Positions 50,508 to 59,379 of a DNA stretch of 64,000 nucleotides are shown one piece after another (the stretch's first letter is position 1; each line of letters opens with the position of its first letter). The stretch spans positions 16,302 through 80,301 of the forward strand of contig CACMTR010000003.1 in NCBI GenBank assembly GCA_902616715.1, given 5' to 3'. The notes beneath the pieces are model-generated. The model was given only the letters and a program-made list of their open reading frames with translations. It had not been told where the DNA came from and did not search any database. Source of the DNA: an uncultured SAR86 cluster bacterium (GTDB taxonomy: Bacteria; Pseudomonadota; Gammaproteobacteria; Magnimaribacterales; AG-339-G14). A program made the translations under genes and the position numbers.

Positions 50508-52613
50508 ATGGATAGTGAAAAAATTATATCCTGTAAAAAGACTATTGCAGGGAAAGAGATTTCTTTAGAGACCGGTAAAATAGCAAGACAAGCAACAGCT
50601 TCAGTTATCGCCTCCTCTGGAGATACCCAAGTATTAGTCACAGTTGTTGCAGGAGCACAAAAGGAAGGACAAAGTTTCTTTCCTTTAACAGTAAATTACA
50701 TTGAAAAATTTTATGCGGCTGGAAAGATTCCAGGTAGTTTTTTTCGAAGAGAGGGTAGGCCTTCTGAAGGAGAGGTTCTCACTTCAAGGCTTATCGACAG
50801 ACCTATAAGACCACTTTTTCCAAAAGGTTATACCCAAGAAGTTCAGGTTGTTTGTACTGTCTTATCAATGGATAAGGACGACACCGCGGATATAATATCT
50901 TTAATTGGAGTTTCTGCTGCTTTGCAATTGTCAGGATTACCATTTCAAGGACCTTTGTCAGCAGCTAAAGTTGGTTTCGTGGAAGGAAATTACGTTCTTA
51001 ACCCTTCTTTGAGCGAGCTAGAAAATTCTAAATTAGATATGGTTATTGCTGGATCGACAGATGCTGTCTTTATGGTGGAATCTGAAGCGAAAGAATTAAC
51101 TGAGGATCAAATGCTGGGAGCAATTTTATTTGCTCAACAAGAAATGAAACCAAGTTTGGATTTAATTGAAGAGCTTGTGTCACAAGTCGAAGTTGAACCT
51201 ATAGAATATTCCATAGAAGAAGAGGACAAAAACCTAATGGATATGGTTTCGAATTCTGTTGCTACGAAAATTGAAGAAGCATATCAAATTCCAGAAAAAG
51301 CATTGAGGCAACAAGCTGTCGCTGATGCTAGAGAACATTTATCTAATCAATTCGATGAAGACGAAGACGAGGAAAAAATTGATAAAGCAAAAATTTATTT
51401 TAAATCCTTGGAATCTTCAATTGTCAGAACACGTCTTCTGCAAGGGTTGCCAAGAATCGACGGAAGAGATTTAGACACGGTTAGGCCGATAACAATTGAA
51501 ACAGGCTTGTTAAAACAAGCTCACGGCTCAGCTCTATTTACTAGAGGAGAAACACAATCAATAGGAGTAGCAACAATTGATTCTCTTAAACTTTCTCAAT
51601 TACTAGACACACTTCATGGAGATGCTAAAGACCCATTTATGCTCCATTATAATTTTCCTCCTTATTCTGTTGGAGAAGCTGGCATGATCGGTAGTCCAAA
51701 ACGAAGAGAAATAGGCCATGGAAAGCTAGCTAGAAGAGCTCTCGAAGCTGTCCTTCCTGATCCTCAAGAATTTGAATACGCTATCAGAGTAGTATCAGAG
51801 ATAACCGAATCTAATGGATCTAGTTCTATGGCTACAGTTTGTTCATCTAGCTTAGCAATGATGGACGCAGGAATTCCTTTGAAAAAAGCTGTCGCAGGTG
51901 TTGCGATGGGTCTTGTCAAAGGTGAAGAAGATTATTGCGTAATCACTGATATTCTTGGAGATGAAGATCATCTAGGCGATATGGATTTTAAAGTTGCTGG
52001 AACTTCTGATGGCGTCACTGCACTGCAAATGGATATAAAAATAGCGGGCATAAACGAAAATATTCTTCAGGACGCTCTAAATAAGGCTAACACCGCAAGA
52101 TCTCATATTTTGCAAGAAATGTCTAAAGTCCTTAGCGAGTCTAGACCTGAACTATCTGATCTAGCCCCTCAAGCAATCAATACCTCTATTCCAAAAAATA
52201 AAATAGGGGAAGTAATTGGTAAAGGTGGAAGCACAATAAAAGGTATCACGGAAAAAACTGATACAAACATCGACATTAACGATAATGGCGATATAAAAAT
52301 ATATGGAAGAAGTAAAGAGTCAAGACAAGAGGCTTTGGACATCATTGAATCAATGATTTCTGACCCTGAAGTCGGTTTAGTTTGTGTAGGTACCGTGGTA
52401 AAAATTGTTGATTTTGGAGCTTTTGTTTCATTTGATAATGGAAAAGAAGGATTAGTACACATATCAGAAATAGCTGAAGAAAGAGTTAAAAATGTCAAAG
52501 ATTACCTTGTTGAGGGGGAAGAAGTTGATATTAAAGTTATTGGTGTAGATAATCGCGGGAAAGTTAAATTAAGCATGAAGGCTGTAAGTAACGATTCTGA
52601 GAGCGTTGATTGA
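50508..52613 (+). CDS. pnp: polyribonucleotide nucleotidyltransferase (PNPase)
   Basis: 701 aa. Two RNase PH domains (FFRREGRPSE, DHLGDMDFKVAGT), then KH and S1 domains. Confidence 0.97.
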   Translation: MDSEKIISCKKTIAGKEISLETGKIARQATASVIASSGDTQVLVTVVAGAQKEGQSFFPLTVNYIEKFYAAGKIPGSFFRREGRPSEGEVLTSRLIDRPIRPLFPKGYTQEVQVVCTVLSMDKDDTADIISLIGVSAALQLSGLPFQGPLSAAKVGFVEGNYVLNPSLSELENSKLDMVIAGSTDAVFMVESEAKELTEDQMLGAILFAQQEMKPSLDLIEELVSQVEVEPIEYSIEEEDKNLMDMVSNSVATKIEEAYQIPEKALRQQAVADAREHLSNQFDEDEDEEKIDKAKIYFKSLESSIVRTRLLQGLPRIDGRDLDTVRPITIETGLLKQAHGSALFTRGETQSIGVATIDSLKLSQLLDTLHGDAKDPFMLHYNFPPYSVGEAGMIGSPKRREIGHGKLARRALEAVLPDPQEFEYAIRVVSEITESNGSSSMATVCSSSLAMMDAGIPLKKAVAGVAMGLVKGEEDYCVITDILGDEDHLGDMDFKVAGTSDGVTALQMDIKIAGINENILQDALNKANTARSHILQEMSKVLSESRPELSDLAPQAINTSIPKNKIGEVIGKGGSTIKGITEKTDTNIDINDNGDIKIYGRSKESRQEALDIIESMISDPEVGLVCVGTVVKIVDFGAFVSFDNGKEGLVHISEIAEERVKNVKDYLVEGEEVDIKVIGVDNRGKVKLSMKAVSNDSESVD

Positions 52614-52616
52614 TTA

Positions 52617-52693
52617 TGGTGGCTATGCTTGGACTTGAACCAAGGACCTCAGCATTATGAATGCTGCGCTCTAACCAGCTGAGCTACATAGCC
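52617..52693 (-). tRNA. tRNA-Met (anticodon CAU), elongator type
   Basis: 77 nt on the minus strand: GGCTATGTAGCTCAGCTGGTTAGAGCGCAGCATTCATAATGCTGAGGTCCTTGGTTCAAGTCCAAGCATAGCCACCA. The acceptor GGCTATG resembles E. coli elongator tRNA-Met (GGCTACG). tRNA-Ile2 (lysidine) cannot be strictly excluded from the sequence alone. Confidence 0.85.
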
Positions 52694-52701
52694 GAAAGTG
52701 G

Positions 52702-52730
52702 ATTCTCTTTTTGATCAAATACTTTGTCAA
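52702..52730 (-). promoter_or_regulatory. sigma70-type promoter for tRNA-Met
   Basis: On the minus strand: -35 TTGACA (52730..52725), a 17-nt spacer, and -10 GAGAAT (52707..52702), 8 nt before the mature tRNA 5' end (52693). It is packed into the 40-nt gap after the ychF stop. Confidence 0.45.
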
Positions 52731-52733
52731 GTT

Positions 52734-53819
52734 TTAAACATTGAATCTAAATAAAATTACATCACCTTCATTTACGACATATTCTGATCCTTCTGAGCGA
52801 AGTTTTCCTGCTATCTTTGCTCCTTGATCTCCTTCATGAGCTATATAGTCTTCAAAACTTATAACTTCAGCTCTGATAAAACCTTTTTGAAAATCGGTAT
52901 GAATTACTCCTGCAGCTTCCGGTGCTAAAGATCCTTTTTTAATTATCCACGATCTTACTTCTTTTTCACCAGCAGTAAAAAAAGTTCCTAAACCTAAGCT
53001 ATTGTATGAAGTCTTTATTAATTTTTCCAAGGCTGGCTGATTTATTCCTAAATCTTTTAAAAAAGATTCTTTTTCATTTTGCTCTAATTCAGAAATTTCT
53101 GCTTCTAGTTTAATTGATAAAGGAATGAACTCTGAGTTTTCCGCTAGAGCTTTATTTTTTAATTTCTTGTATTGTTCTTGATTTTCATTTTCGTCGATGT
53201 TGGCAACGTATATGAAAGGCTTTAGACAAATTAGATTAAATTCTTTTAGATGCTTTTTTTTCTCTTCGGACAACTCAAGTATTTCTTTTTTATTGGACTT
53301 GCTAACAAGCTCGATAACTTCTTCAACAACAGCTAGTTTCTCCTTAGTAGATTTGTCTAACTGAGCAATTTTTTTATTTAAATTTGACTGAATTTTTTCA
53401 AGGATATCTAGATCCGCAAGCATTAATTCTGTCTCAATAATTTCAATGTCCGATAAGGGATCAATTTGATTGTTTACGTGCACAATATTCTCGTCTTCGA
53501 AACATCTTACTACTTGAATGATTGTTTGCGTTTCACGAATATGTGAAAGAAAAGTGTTTCCTAAGCCTTCTCCTTTAGAAGCTCCCTTAACAAGACCGGC
53601 AATGTCTACGAATTCAACGTTCGCAGGTATTATCTTTTCAGGTTTAACTATTTTAGCTAATTGCTCTAATCTTTCATCTGGAACTTCTACAATTCCTAAA
53701 TTTGGCTCAATTGTGCAAAAAGGATAATTCTCAGCATCTATTTTTGAGTTAGTCAGAGCATTAAAGAGGGTAGATTTACCAACATTCGGAAGTCCTACAA
53801 TTCCACATTTAAGAGACAT
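52734..53819 (-). CDS. ychF: redox-regulated ATPase YchF
   Basis: 361 aa. GIVGLPNVGKSTLFNA P-loop and a TGS-like C-terminus. pth-ychF context. Confidence 0.95.
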   Translation of the reverse strand: MSLKCGIVGLPNVGKSTLFNALTNSKIDAENYPFCTIEPNLGIVEVPDERLEQLAKIVKPEKIIPANVEFVDIAGLVKGASKGEGLGNTFLSHIRETQTIIQVVRCFEDENIVHVNNQIDPLSDIEIIETELMLADLDILEKIQSNLNKKIAQLDKSTKEKLAVVEEVIELVSKSNKKEILELSEEKKKHLKEFNLICLKPFIYVANIDENENQEQYKKLKNKALAENSEFIPLSIKLEAEISELEQNEKESFLKDLGINQPALEKLIKTSYNSLGLGTFFTAGEKEVRSWIIKKGSLAPEAAGVIHTDFQKGFIRAEVISFEDYIAHEGDQGAKIAGKLRSEGSEYVVNEGDVILFRFNV

Positions 53820-54394
53820 TATTTCGAGTGAAGTTTATTTACTGCTTTTTCCCATTCATTGAGGATTATATCTTCAATAATTTCTATACCAGATATTATG
53901 GCCTTTTTTCTTTCATGAATTTCTTGTCTAGTTCCTTTTTTCACCACATAATCATTTACTTTTTTAGAATTTCCTGGATGTCCTATTCCGATTCTCATTC
54001 TTAAAAAATCTTTATTTCCTCCAAAATTTTCAATAATACTTTTCAACCCATTATGTCCTCCGTCTCCTCCGTATTTTTTTAGTTTGCATGTGCCCGATGG
54101 TAAGTCTAAATCGTCGTGTACTATTAAGACATCATTAATATTTAAATTATATTTCTTCAAAGCAGGTTTTAAAGCTTTGCCACTGTTATTCATAAAAACG
54201 TCAGGAACTAGAAGATAAACTTCTACGTCATCAAGTTTGTGAATAGATACCTTAGATTTAACAGACTTTATTTCTTCAAATTCTAAATTCCATTTTTTTG
54301 AGAGTTCCTCAATGAAGTCGATCCCAGCGTTATGACGTGTTTTGGCATACCTAGCGCCAGGATTACCTAGGCCGGCAATTAAAAATTTTTTCAT
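53819..54394 (-). CDS. pth: peptidyl-tRNA hydrolase
   Basis: 191 aa. AGLGNPG..Y..TRHNAG N-terminus and GHNGLKS. Confidence 0.94.
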   Translation of the reverse strand: MKKFLIAGLGNPGARYAKTRHNAGIDFIEELSKKWNLEFEEIKSVKSKVSIHKLDDVEVYLLVPDVFMNNSGKALKPALKKYNLNINDVLIVHDDLDLPSGTCKLKKYGGDGGHNGLKSIIENFGGNKDFLRMRIGIGHPGNSKKVNDYVVKKGTRQEIHERKKAIISGIEIIEDIILNEWEKAVNKLHSK

Positions 54395-55089
54395 TAAGAA
54401 TTATCTTCTTCGGCACCCTTATCGGTATCTGAAGATTCCTCTTTCGAATCTTCTTCATCCTGAGCAGCTTCAGAAATTTCTCCTTCTACTTCTTCTTCTA
54501 TCTCAAGAGAAGCTCTTGTAGTAGTGCATGAGACAACCGGTTGGTCTTGACCTGTCAAAAGAGTATTCGATAGCTCAACTCCTTCAGGTAGAGCAAGTCC
54601 TGTCTGCATTATGGAATTACCTAATTTTAATTCAGAAACATCAACTTCAATAAATTCAGGTAAGTTTTCAGCAAGACATGTTAGTTCTATTTCATTTTTA
54701 TTTTTTGAAATCATTCCACCTTCATTCTTTACACCAAAACAAATATCTTCACTAATAAATTTGATAGGAACTTGCATAGTAATTTTAGTTTTTGATGAGA
54801 CTCTCATGAAATCAACATGAACAGGCTTATCATTAGATGGATTTATTTGAACCTCTTTGAGTATAACTTTGTGAGATTCTTCATTTTGTTGAAGAACTAT
54901 TACTTGAGAAAAGATACTGGGTAATTCTAAAGCTTTTCGAAGATCTTTGGCTTGAAGAGAAATCTTTTTTGTTTCTTCTCCAGCCCCATAAACAACGCCT
55001 GGGATATCGCCAAGATTTCTTATCTTATTAGCAGAAATTTTTTGTTCTTCTGATAAGTATTCAAATTCTAATATCGTTTGATCTGCCAT
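54394..55089 (-). CDS. rplY: 50S ribosomal protein L25, long Ctc form
   Basis: 231 aa. N-terminal L25 fold (R..G.IPGVVYG), a Ctc-type second domain, and an acidic tail. prs-rplY-pth order as in Pseudomonas. Confidence 0.9.
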   Translation of the reverse strand: MADQTILEFEYLSEEQKISANKIRNLGDIPGVVYGAGEETKKISLQAKDLRKALELPSIFSQVIVLQQNEESHKVILKEVQINPSNDKPVHVDFMRVSSKTKITMQVPIKFISEDICFGVKNEGGMISKNKNEIELTCLAENLPEFIEVDVSELKLGNSIMQTGLALPEGVELSNTLLTGQDQPVVSCTTTRASLEIEEEVEGEISEAAQDEEDSKEESSDTDKGAEEDNS

Positions 55090-55097
55090 TTGTCACC

Positions 55098-56054
55098 TCA
55101 AAGAAACATTGCACTAACTGATTCTTCTTTGTTTACTCTATTAATTGCTTCTGCAATAGTTTTGTCTAGAGAAATAATTTTTATTTTTTTCAATTTAGAA
55201 GCCTCTTCTGAAAGCGGGATTGTATCAGTCACAATAATTTCGTCTAGACCTGATTTTTCAATTCTCTCTAAAGCTGGTCCTGACAGGACAGGATGCGTTG
55301 CATACGATATTACTTTTTTCGCCCCAACATTCTTTAATGCTTCAGCTGCATTACATATTGTCCCTGCGGTATCCACAATGTCATCGACTAAAACACATGT
55401 TTTATTCTTCACATCACCAATGACATTCATAACCTGAGATTGATTATCCTTTTCTCTTCTCTTATCTATGATTGCTAGATCTGCATCATTCAAAAGTTTC
55501 GCCAAAGCTCTCGCCCTCACAACACCTCCGACATCAGGAGACACAATGATTAAATCTTCATATTTTGCCGAATTGATATGTTCAAAAGTTACATTTGTTC
55601 CATAAATGTTATCTACAGGAACATTGAAAAAGCCTTGAATTTGATCCGAATGAAGTTCAATAGTTAAGATTCTGTCGGCTCCAGCATTTTGAAGCATTTC
55701 AGCAACTAACTTAGCACTTATTGGAACTCTTTCAGATCTCACTCTTCGATCTTGTCTAGCATAGCCAAAATATGGAATTACGGCCGTTATTCTTGATGGT
55801 GATGACCTCCTGAGCGCATCTATCATTATAAGAAGCTCCATCAGATTTTCATTCGCTGGATAGCAAGTAGACTGAATTATAAAAACATCCATTCCTCTAA
55901 CATGCTCGTCAATTCTTACATTTAGCTCATCGTCGCTAAATCTGCCTACAAAGGCATCTCCTAATTTTTTTCCTAATTCTTGTGCTACTTTTTTAGAAAG
56001 AGAAACATTAGAGGTTCCTGAAAAGAGAACTAGATTGTTATTTTGCTCAACCAT
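55098..56054 (-). CDS. prs: ribose-phosphate pyrophosphokinase
   Basis: 318 aa. YFGYARQDRR and VLVDDIVDTAGT PRPP-binding motifs. Confidence 0.96.
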   Translation of the reverse strand: MVEQNNNLVLFSGTSNVSLSKKVAQELGKKLGDAFVGRFSDDELNVRIDEHVRGMDVFIIQSTCYPANENLMELLIMIDALRRSSPSRITAVIPYFGYARQDRRVRSERVPISAKLVAEMLQNAGADRILTIELHSDQIQGFFNVPVDNIYGTNVTFEHINSAKYEDLIIVSPDVGGVVRARALAKLLNDADLAIIDKRREKDNQSQVMNVIGDVKNKTCVLVDDIVDTAGTICNAAEALKNVGAKKVISYATHPVLSGPALERIEKSGLDEIIVTDTIPLSEEASKLKKIKIISLDKTIAEAINRVNKEESVSAMFL

Positions 56055-56078
56055 TTATCTTTCTCGTTAAATTACCGT

Positions 56079-56153
56079 TGGCTGGGGTGGATGGATTCGA
56101 ACCATCGCATGGCGGCATCAAAAGCCGCTGCCTTACCGCTTGGCTACACCCCA
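56079..56153 (-). tRNA. tRNA-Gln (anticodon UUG)
   Basis: 75 nt on the minus strand: TGGGGTGTAGCCAAGCGGTAAGGCAGCGGCTTTTGATGCCGCCATGCGATGGTTCGAATCCATCCACCCCAGCCA. Same layout as E. coli tRNA-Gln(UUG), with the U1:A72 pair, G73 and encoded CCA. Lies between ispE and prs as in Pseudomonas. Confidence 0.92.
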
Positions 56154-56962
56154 TAATTCTTTATCTCATTTAAAATTCTTGAATTATTCAATGTAGAAGT
56201 CACAAAACAATTCATATTAGATGGTGCATTATCCATTATTTTTGAAGCTTCATCAAAATTATTAAACAATGAGTAAATCGTTGAGCCCGTTCCAGAGAGG
56301 TACGCATCATTGTGCTGTTCTATCCATTCAAAACATTTATTTACTTCTTCAAAATTTTTTCTCGCCCAAGTTTCAAATGAATTAAAGAAATTTTTCTTGT
56401 CTAGACTTTGAGGATCAAAATTTTTATTTTTTTTAAAGGCTTCTACAGTAGAAATTTTTGCATCTGGCAAGATAATTAAAATTGGCTTCTCTTCAATAAA
56501 AATATTTCTAAAAATTTCTCCTCGTCCAGTTGCTTCACAAGACTTACCATGTATGAATAAGGGTACATCTGATCCAAGGAGCAAGCCAATCTCTAATAAT
56601 TTTTTTTTGCTTAGTTTTAAATTGTATATCTTATTTAAGGCCAATAATACTGATGCAGCATTTGAACTTGCTCCTCCTAAACCGGATTGAGTAGGTATTT
56701 TTTTATCGATATGAATTTTTAGCTTTTCTTCAAAATTTATTTCTTTTTTTAAGATACGAAACAACTTAAGAATAATGTTTTTTTCATGTTGAATTTCTTT
56801 ACAAATTATCTCGGTTGCTGAGACTTCATTTTCAATATAAATTTTATCCCCCCAATCAAGAAATTGAAAAATTGTCTTTATGTTATGGAAATTATCTTTC
56901 CTTTTATTCAAGACCTTAAGACCAAGGTTAATTTTTGCAGGAGAACTAATTTTAAAAATCAT
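56144..56962 (-). CDS. ispE: 4-diphosphocytidyl-2-C-methyl-D-erythritol kinase
   Basis: 272 aa. GHMP kinase motif IPTQSGLGGASSNAA and PAKINLGLKV N-terminus. The frame stays open until a TAG at 56146..56144, which is inside the tRNA-Gln gene. Confidence 0.88.
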   Translation of the reverse strand: MIFKISSPAKINLGLKVLNKRKDNFHNIKTIFQFLDWGDKIYIENEVSATEIICKEIQHEKNIILKLFRILKKEINFEEKLKIHIDKKIPTQSGLGGASSNAASVLLALNKIYNLKLSKKKLLEIGLLLGSDVPLFIHGKSCEATGRGEIFRNIFIEEKPILIILPDAKISTVEAFKKNKNFDPQSLDKKNFFNSFETWARKNFEEVNKCFEWIEQHNDAYLSGTGSTIYSLFNNFDEASKIMDNAPSNMNCFVTSTLNNSRILNEIKNYGV

Positions 56963-57450
56963 CTTAAAATTAATTTTATTGTAAATAGATCTTGAATATT
57001 CTTTATTTCGATCAAAATTGAATCATTCTTAAGAGTTCGTTTAATAGATAAATTTTCTATATTAAGTTTTTGACAAACTTTTTCATTACAAGGTTCAAAA
57101 ATCCATGAAAATATTATAAAAAAATTTATATCCATTAAATTAGAATCAATGTTACTTGATAAAAATTCAGACTCTTTTTCGCTCAGAACTAACTTCTTAT
57201 CAGAAAATTTTATTTTATATTCGTTTTTAGAATTAATAGTCTCAATCTTTAAAAGAAACACGTCGTCTATCTTAAGGATTTCAAGGAATCCATTAAGATA
57301 TACTTCTTCTGTCGCTAATATAAATTTACCGCTAACAAGATTAGTATTTTTTTTATCTAGATTTGTCAAAGACGAGCAAGAATTGAATATGAGAGATAAA
57401 AAAACTAAAAATATGGATAGAATACTGTTCGTTCCATTTAAGATTTTCAT
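56959..57450 (-). CDS. lolB: probable outer-membrane lipoprotein LolB
   Basis: 163 aa. Signal peptide ending ..LIFNSC (a weak lipobox with Cys). Conserved position directly upstream of ispE, with an ATGA overlap. Sequence similarity to E. coli LolB is too weak to judge by eye. Confidence 0.55.
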   Translation of the reverse strand: MKILNGTNSILSIFLVFLSLIFNSCSSLTNLDKKNTNLVSGKFILATEEVYLNGFLEILKIDDVFLLKIETINSKNEYKIKFSDKKLVLSEKESEFLSSNIDSNLMDINFFIIFSWIFEPCNEKVCQKLNIENLSIKRTLKNDSILIEIKNIQDLFTIKLILR

Positions 57451-57479
57451 GAATATAATAATAATTTGATTTAATAAAA

Positions 57480-58577
57480 ATGCTTGAATCCATTATACAA
57501 AGACTAGAGCTAGCAGAAGAAAGATTTAAATTTTTAGAGGGTGAAATTTCCTCTTCTAGAGTAATAAGTGATCAGAAAACTTATAGTTCATACACCAAAG
57601 AATACTCAGATTTAAGACCCTTAGTCGAAAAGCATCTTGAATTTAAAAAAATTCAAGGCGAAATTGACGAGGCAAAACTATTGTTAAATGATACGGATGG
57701 AGAGCTTAGAAATCTTGCAAAAGATGAGCTATCAAAAAATACTGAATTACTAGTTGAGCTTGAATTAGACTTAAAAAAATTATTAATTCCTAAGAATTCT
57801 AACGAAGAGAAAGATATTTTTCTTGAGATAAGAGCTGGGACAGGTGGAGACGAAGCAGGTCTTTTCGTAGGAGATCTTTTCAGAATGTTTAGCAGACTTT
57901 CAGAAAGAAATAAGTGGAGTGTTGAAATGATTTCTTCTAGAGAAGCAGAAAAGGGAGGCTTCAAAGAAATTGTTGCAAAAATTTCAGGAAACCAAGTATA
58001 CAGGTATCTACAATTTGAATCAGGAGTGCACAGAGTTCAGAGGGTTCCGGAAACTGAATCACAGGGAAGAATCCATACTTCAGCATGTTCCGTCGCTATA
58101 CTGCCAGTAGTGGAAAGTTTAAATGAGATAGAAATAGATAAAGCAGACATAAGGGTAGACACGTTTCGAGCTTCGGGAGCAGGGGGCCAGCATGTTAACA
58201 AAACTGATTCAGCTGTTCGCCTTACTCATATTCCAACGGGAATTGTAGTTGAATGCCAAGATGGAAGGTCGCAGCATAAGAATAAAGCAAAAGCAATGAT
58301 ACTCTTGCAATCAAAATTATTGGAAAAAGCTTCCGAGGAGCAAAATTCAGAGTTAGATAAAAAAAGAAAAAACATGGTAGGTTCCGGGGATAGATCAGAG
58401 AAGATAAGAACGTACAATTTCCCTCAAAATCGAGTAACTGATCATAGAATAGATTTTACTAGCCATAATTTAGAAGCTTTTCTTGATGGAGAGATGGAAA
58501 ACATTTTCAAGGAGCTTCTCGAGGAAAATCAATCAAGAATGTTGCTTAATTTAGAGAATGAAATACTCGAAAATTAA
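57480..58577 (+). CDS. prfA: peptide chain release factor 1
   Basis: 365 aa. PET-type tripeptide region (RVPETES; canonical RF1 is PxT) and [18 protein letters not shown] (GGQ). Confidence 0.96.
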   Translation: MLESIIQRLELAEERFKFLEGEISSSRVISDQKTYSSYTKEYSDLRPLVEKHLEFKKIQGEIDEAKLLLNDTDGELRNLAKDELSKNTELLVELELDLKKLLIPKNSNEEKDIFLEIRAGTGGDEAGLFVGDLFRMFSRLSERNKWSVEMISSREAEKGGFKEIVAKISGNQVYRYLQFESGVHRVQRVPETESQGRIHTSACSVAILPVVESLNEIEIDKADIRVDTFRASGAGGQHVNKTDSAVRLTHIPTGIVVECQDGRSQHKNKAKAMILLQSKLLEKASEEQNSELDKKRKNMVGSGDRSEKIRTYNFPQNRVTDHRIDFTSHNLEAFLDGEMENIFKELLEENQSRMLLNLENEILEN

Positions 58578-59379
58578 TATTTCTGAAGCAATAAATATAG
58601 CAAACTTAAAAATAGATGCTTTTGATACAGAACTACTATTAAGTTTTGTAAAAAAAGTAAATAGATCGTATTTATATACTCATCAAAATGAATTATTAAC
58701 TACTGACGAAAAGACCTATTTTTTTGAATTAGTTCAAGAGAGAGAATTAAAAAAACCGCTAGCATATTTAATAGGCAAGAAAGGTTTCTGGAAGAATAAT
58801 TTTTATGTTAATCCGTCAGTGTTAGTTCCGAGACCTGAAAGCGAAATTATAGTAGAAAAGATTTTAGAGTATGATTTGGAAGGAAAGGATTTATTAGAAT
58901 TAGGAATAGGTTCAGGAATTATCTCAATTTCGCTTGGATTAGAAAATAAGAATCTTAGTGTTATTGGAACGGATTCCAGTATAGACGCTTTAATGGTCGC
59001 AAACACTAATTCTAAAAAGTTAAAAGCTAAAAATGTAATTTTTCTAAAACATGATTGGAACAACAAATGGTTATTTCCAAAAATGGATTTTATAGTTTCT
59101 AATCCACCCTATGTTGATAAAGAAAAATTAATAGGCGATGAAGATGGAATTTGGTTTGAACCCGAAAAGGCACTTTTTGCCGAAGATGAAGGGATGACGG
59201 ATTTAAAAACAATTATTTTTAAAAGCATAAATTTTCTCAAAGATAATGGTAGGTTATTTTTAGAACATGCCCCTGATCAAGCTAAAAAAGTTATTGGAGA
59301 GGCAAAAAAAGTTGGTTTTAAAAAAATCGAGCAGATAAATGACTACAATGGTTTAACTAGAGTCTCGATTTTAGGGTGA
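58558..59379 (+). CDS. prmC: release factor glutamine N5-methyltransferase
   Basis: 273 aa. [17 protein letters not shown], and VSNPPYV (NPPY). Follows prfA with a 20-nt overlap. Confidence 0.9.
   Translation: MKYSKINISEAINIANLKIDAFDTELLLSFVKKVNRSYLYTHQNELLTTDEKTYFFELVQERELKKPLAYLIGKKGFWKNNFYVNPSVLVPRPESEIIVEKILEYDLEGKDLLELGIGSGIISISLGLENKNLSVIGTDSSIDALMVANTNSKKLKAKNVIFLKHDWNNKWLFPKMDFIVSNPPYVDKEKLIGDEDGIWFEPEKALFAEDEGMTDLKTIIFKSINFLKDNGRLFLEHAPDQAKKVIGEAKKVGFKKIEQINDYNGLTRVSILG

Noticed and set aside
52617-52693. The CAU-anticodon tRNA read as tRNA-Ile2 (lysidine-modified), given that tilS is in the window.
   Set aside because: The acceptor stem GGCUAUG closely resembles elongator tRNA-Met (GGCUACG in E. 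coli), not the E. coli tRNA-Ile2 acceptor (GGCCCCU). It cannot be fully excluded without a classifier, so this is noted in the feature evidence.
54394-54500. Acidic low-complexity C-terminal tails on L25 (also S2 at 970..1095, SecG at 44440..44523 and FtsH at 41215..41310), considered as a possible shared functional module.
   Set aside because: Such tails are common lineage-specific decorations. They share no sequence motif beyond acidic composition, and I cannot support any specific function from the sequence.
55078-55437. A 119-aa + strand ORF spanning the rplY start and the prs 3' end.
   Set aside because: It is antisense to two conserved genes and has a hydrophobic, low-complexity product. 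It is a shadow ORF.
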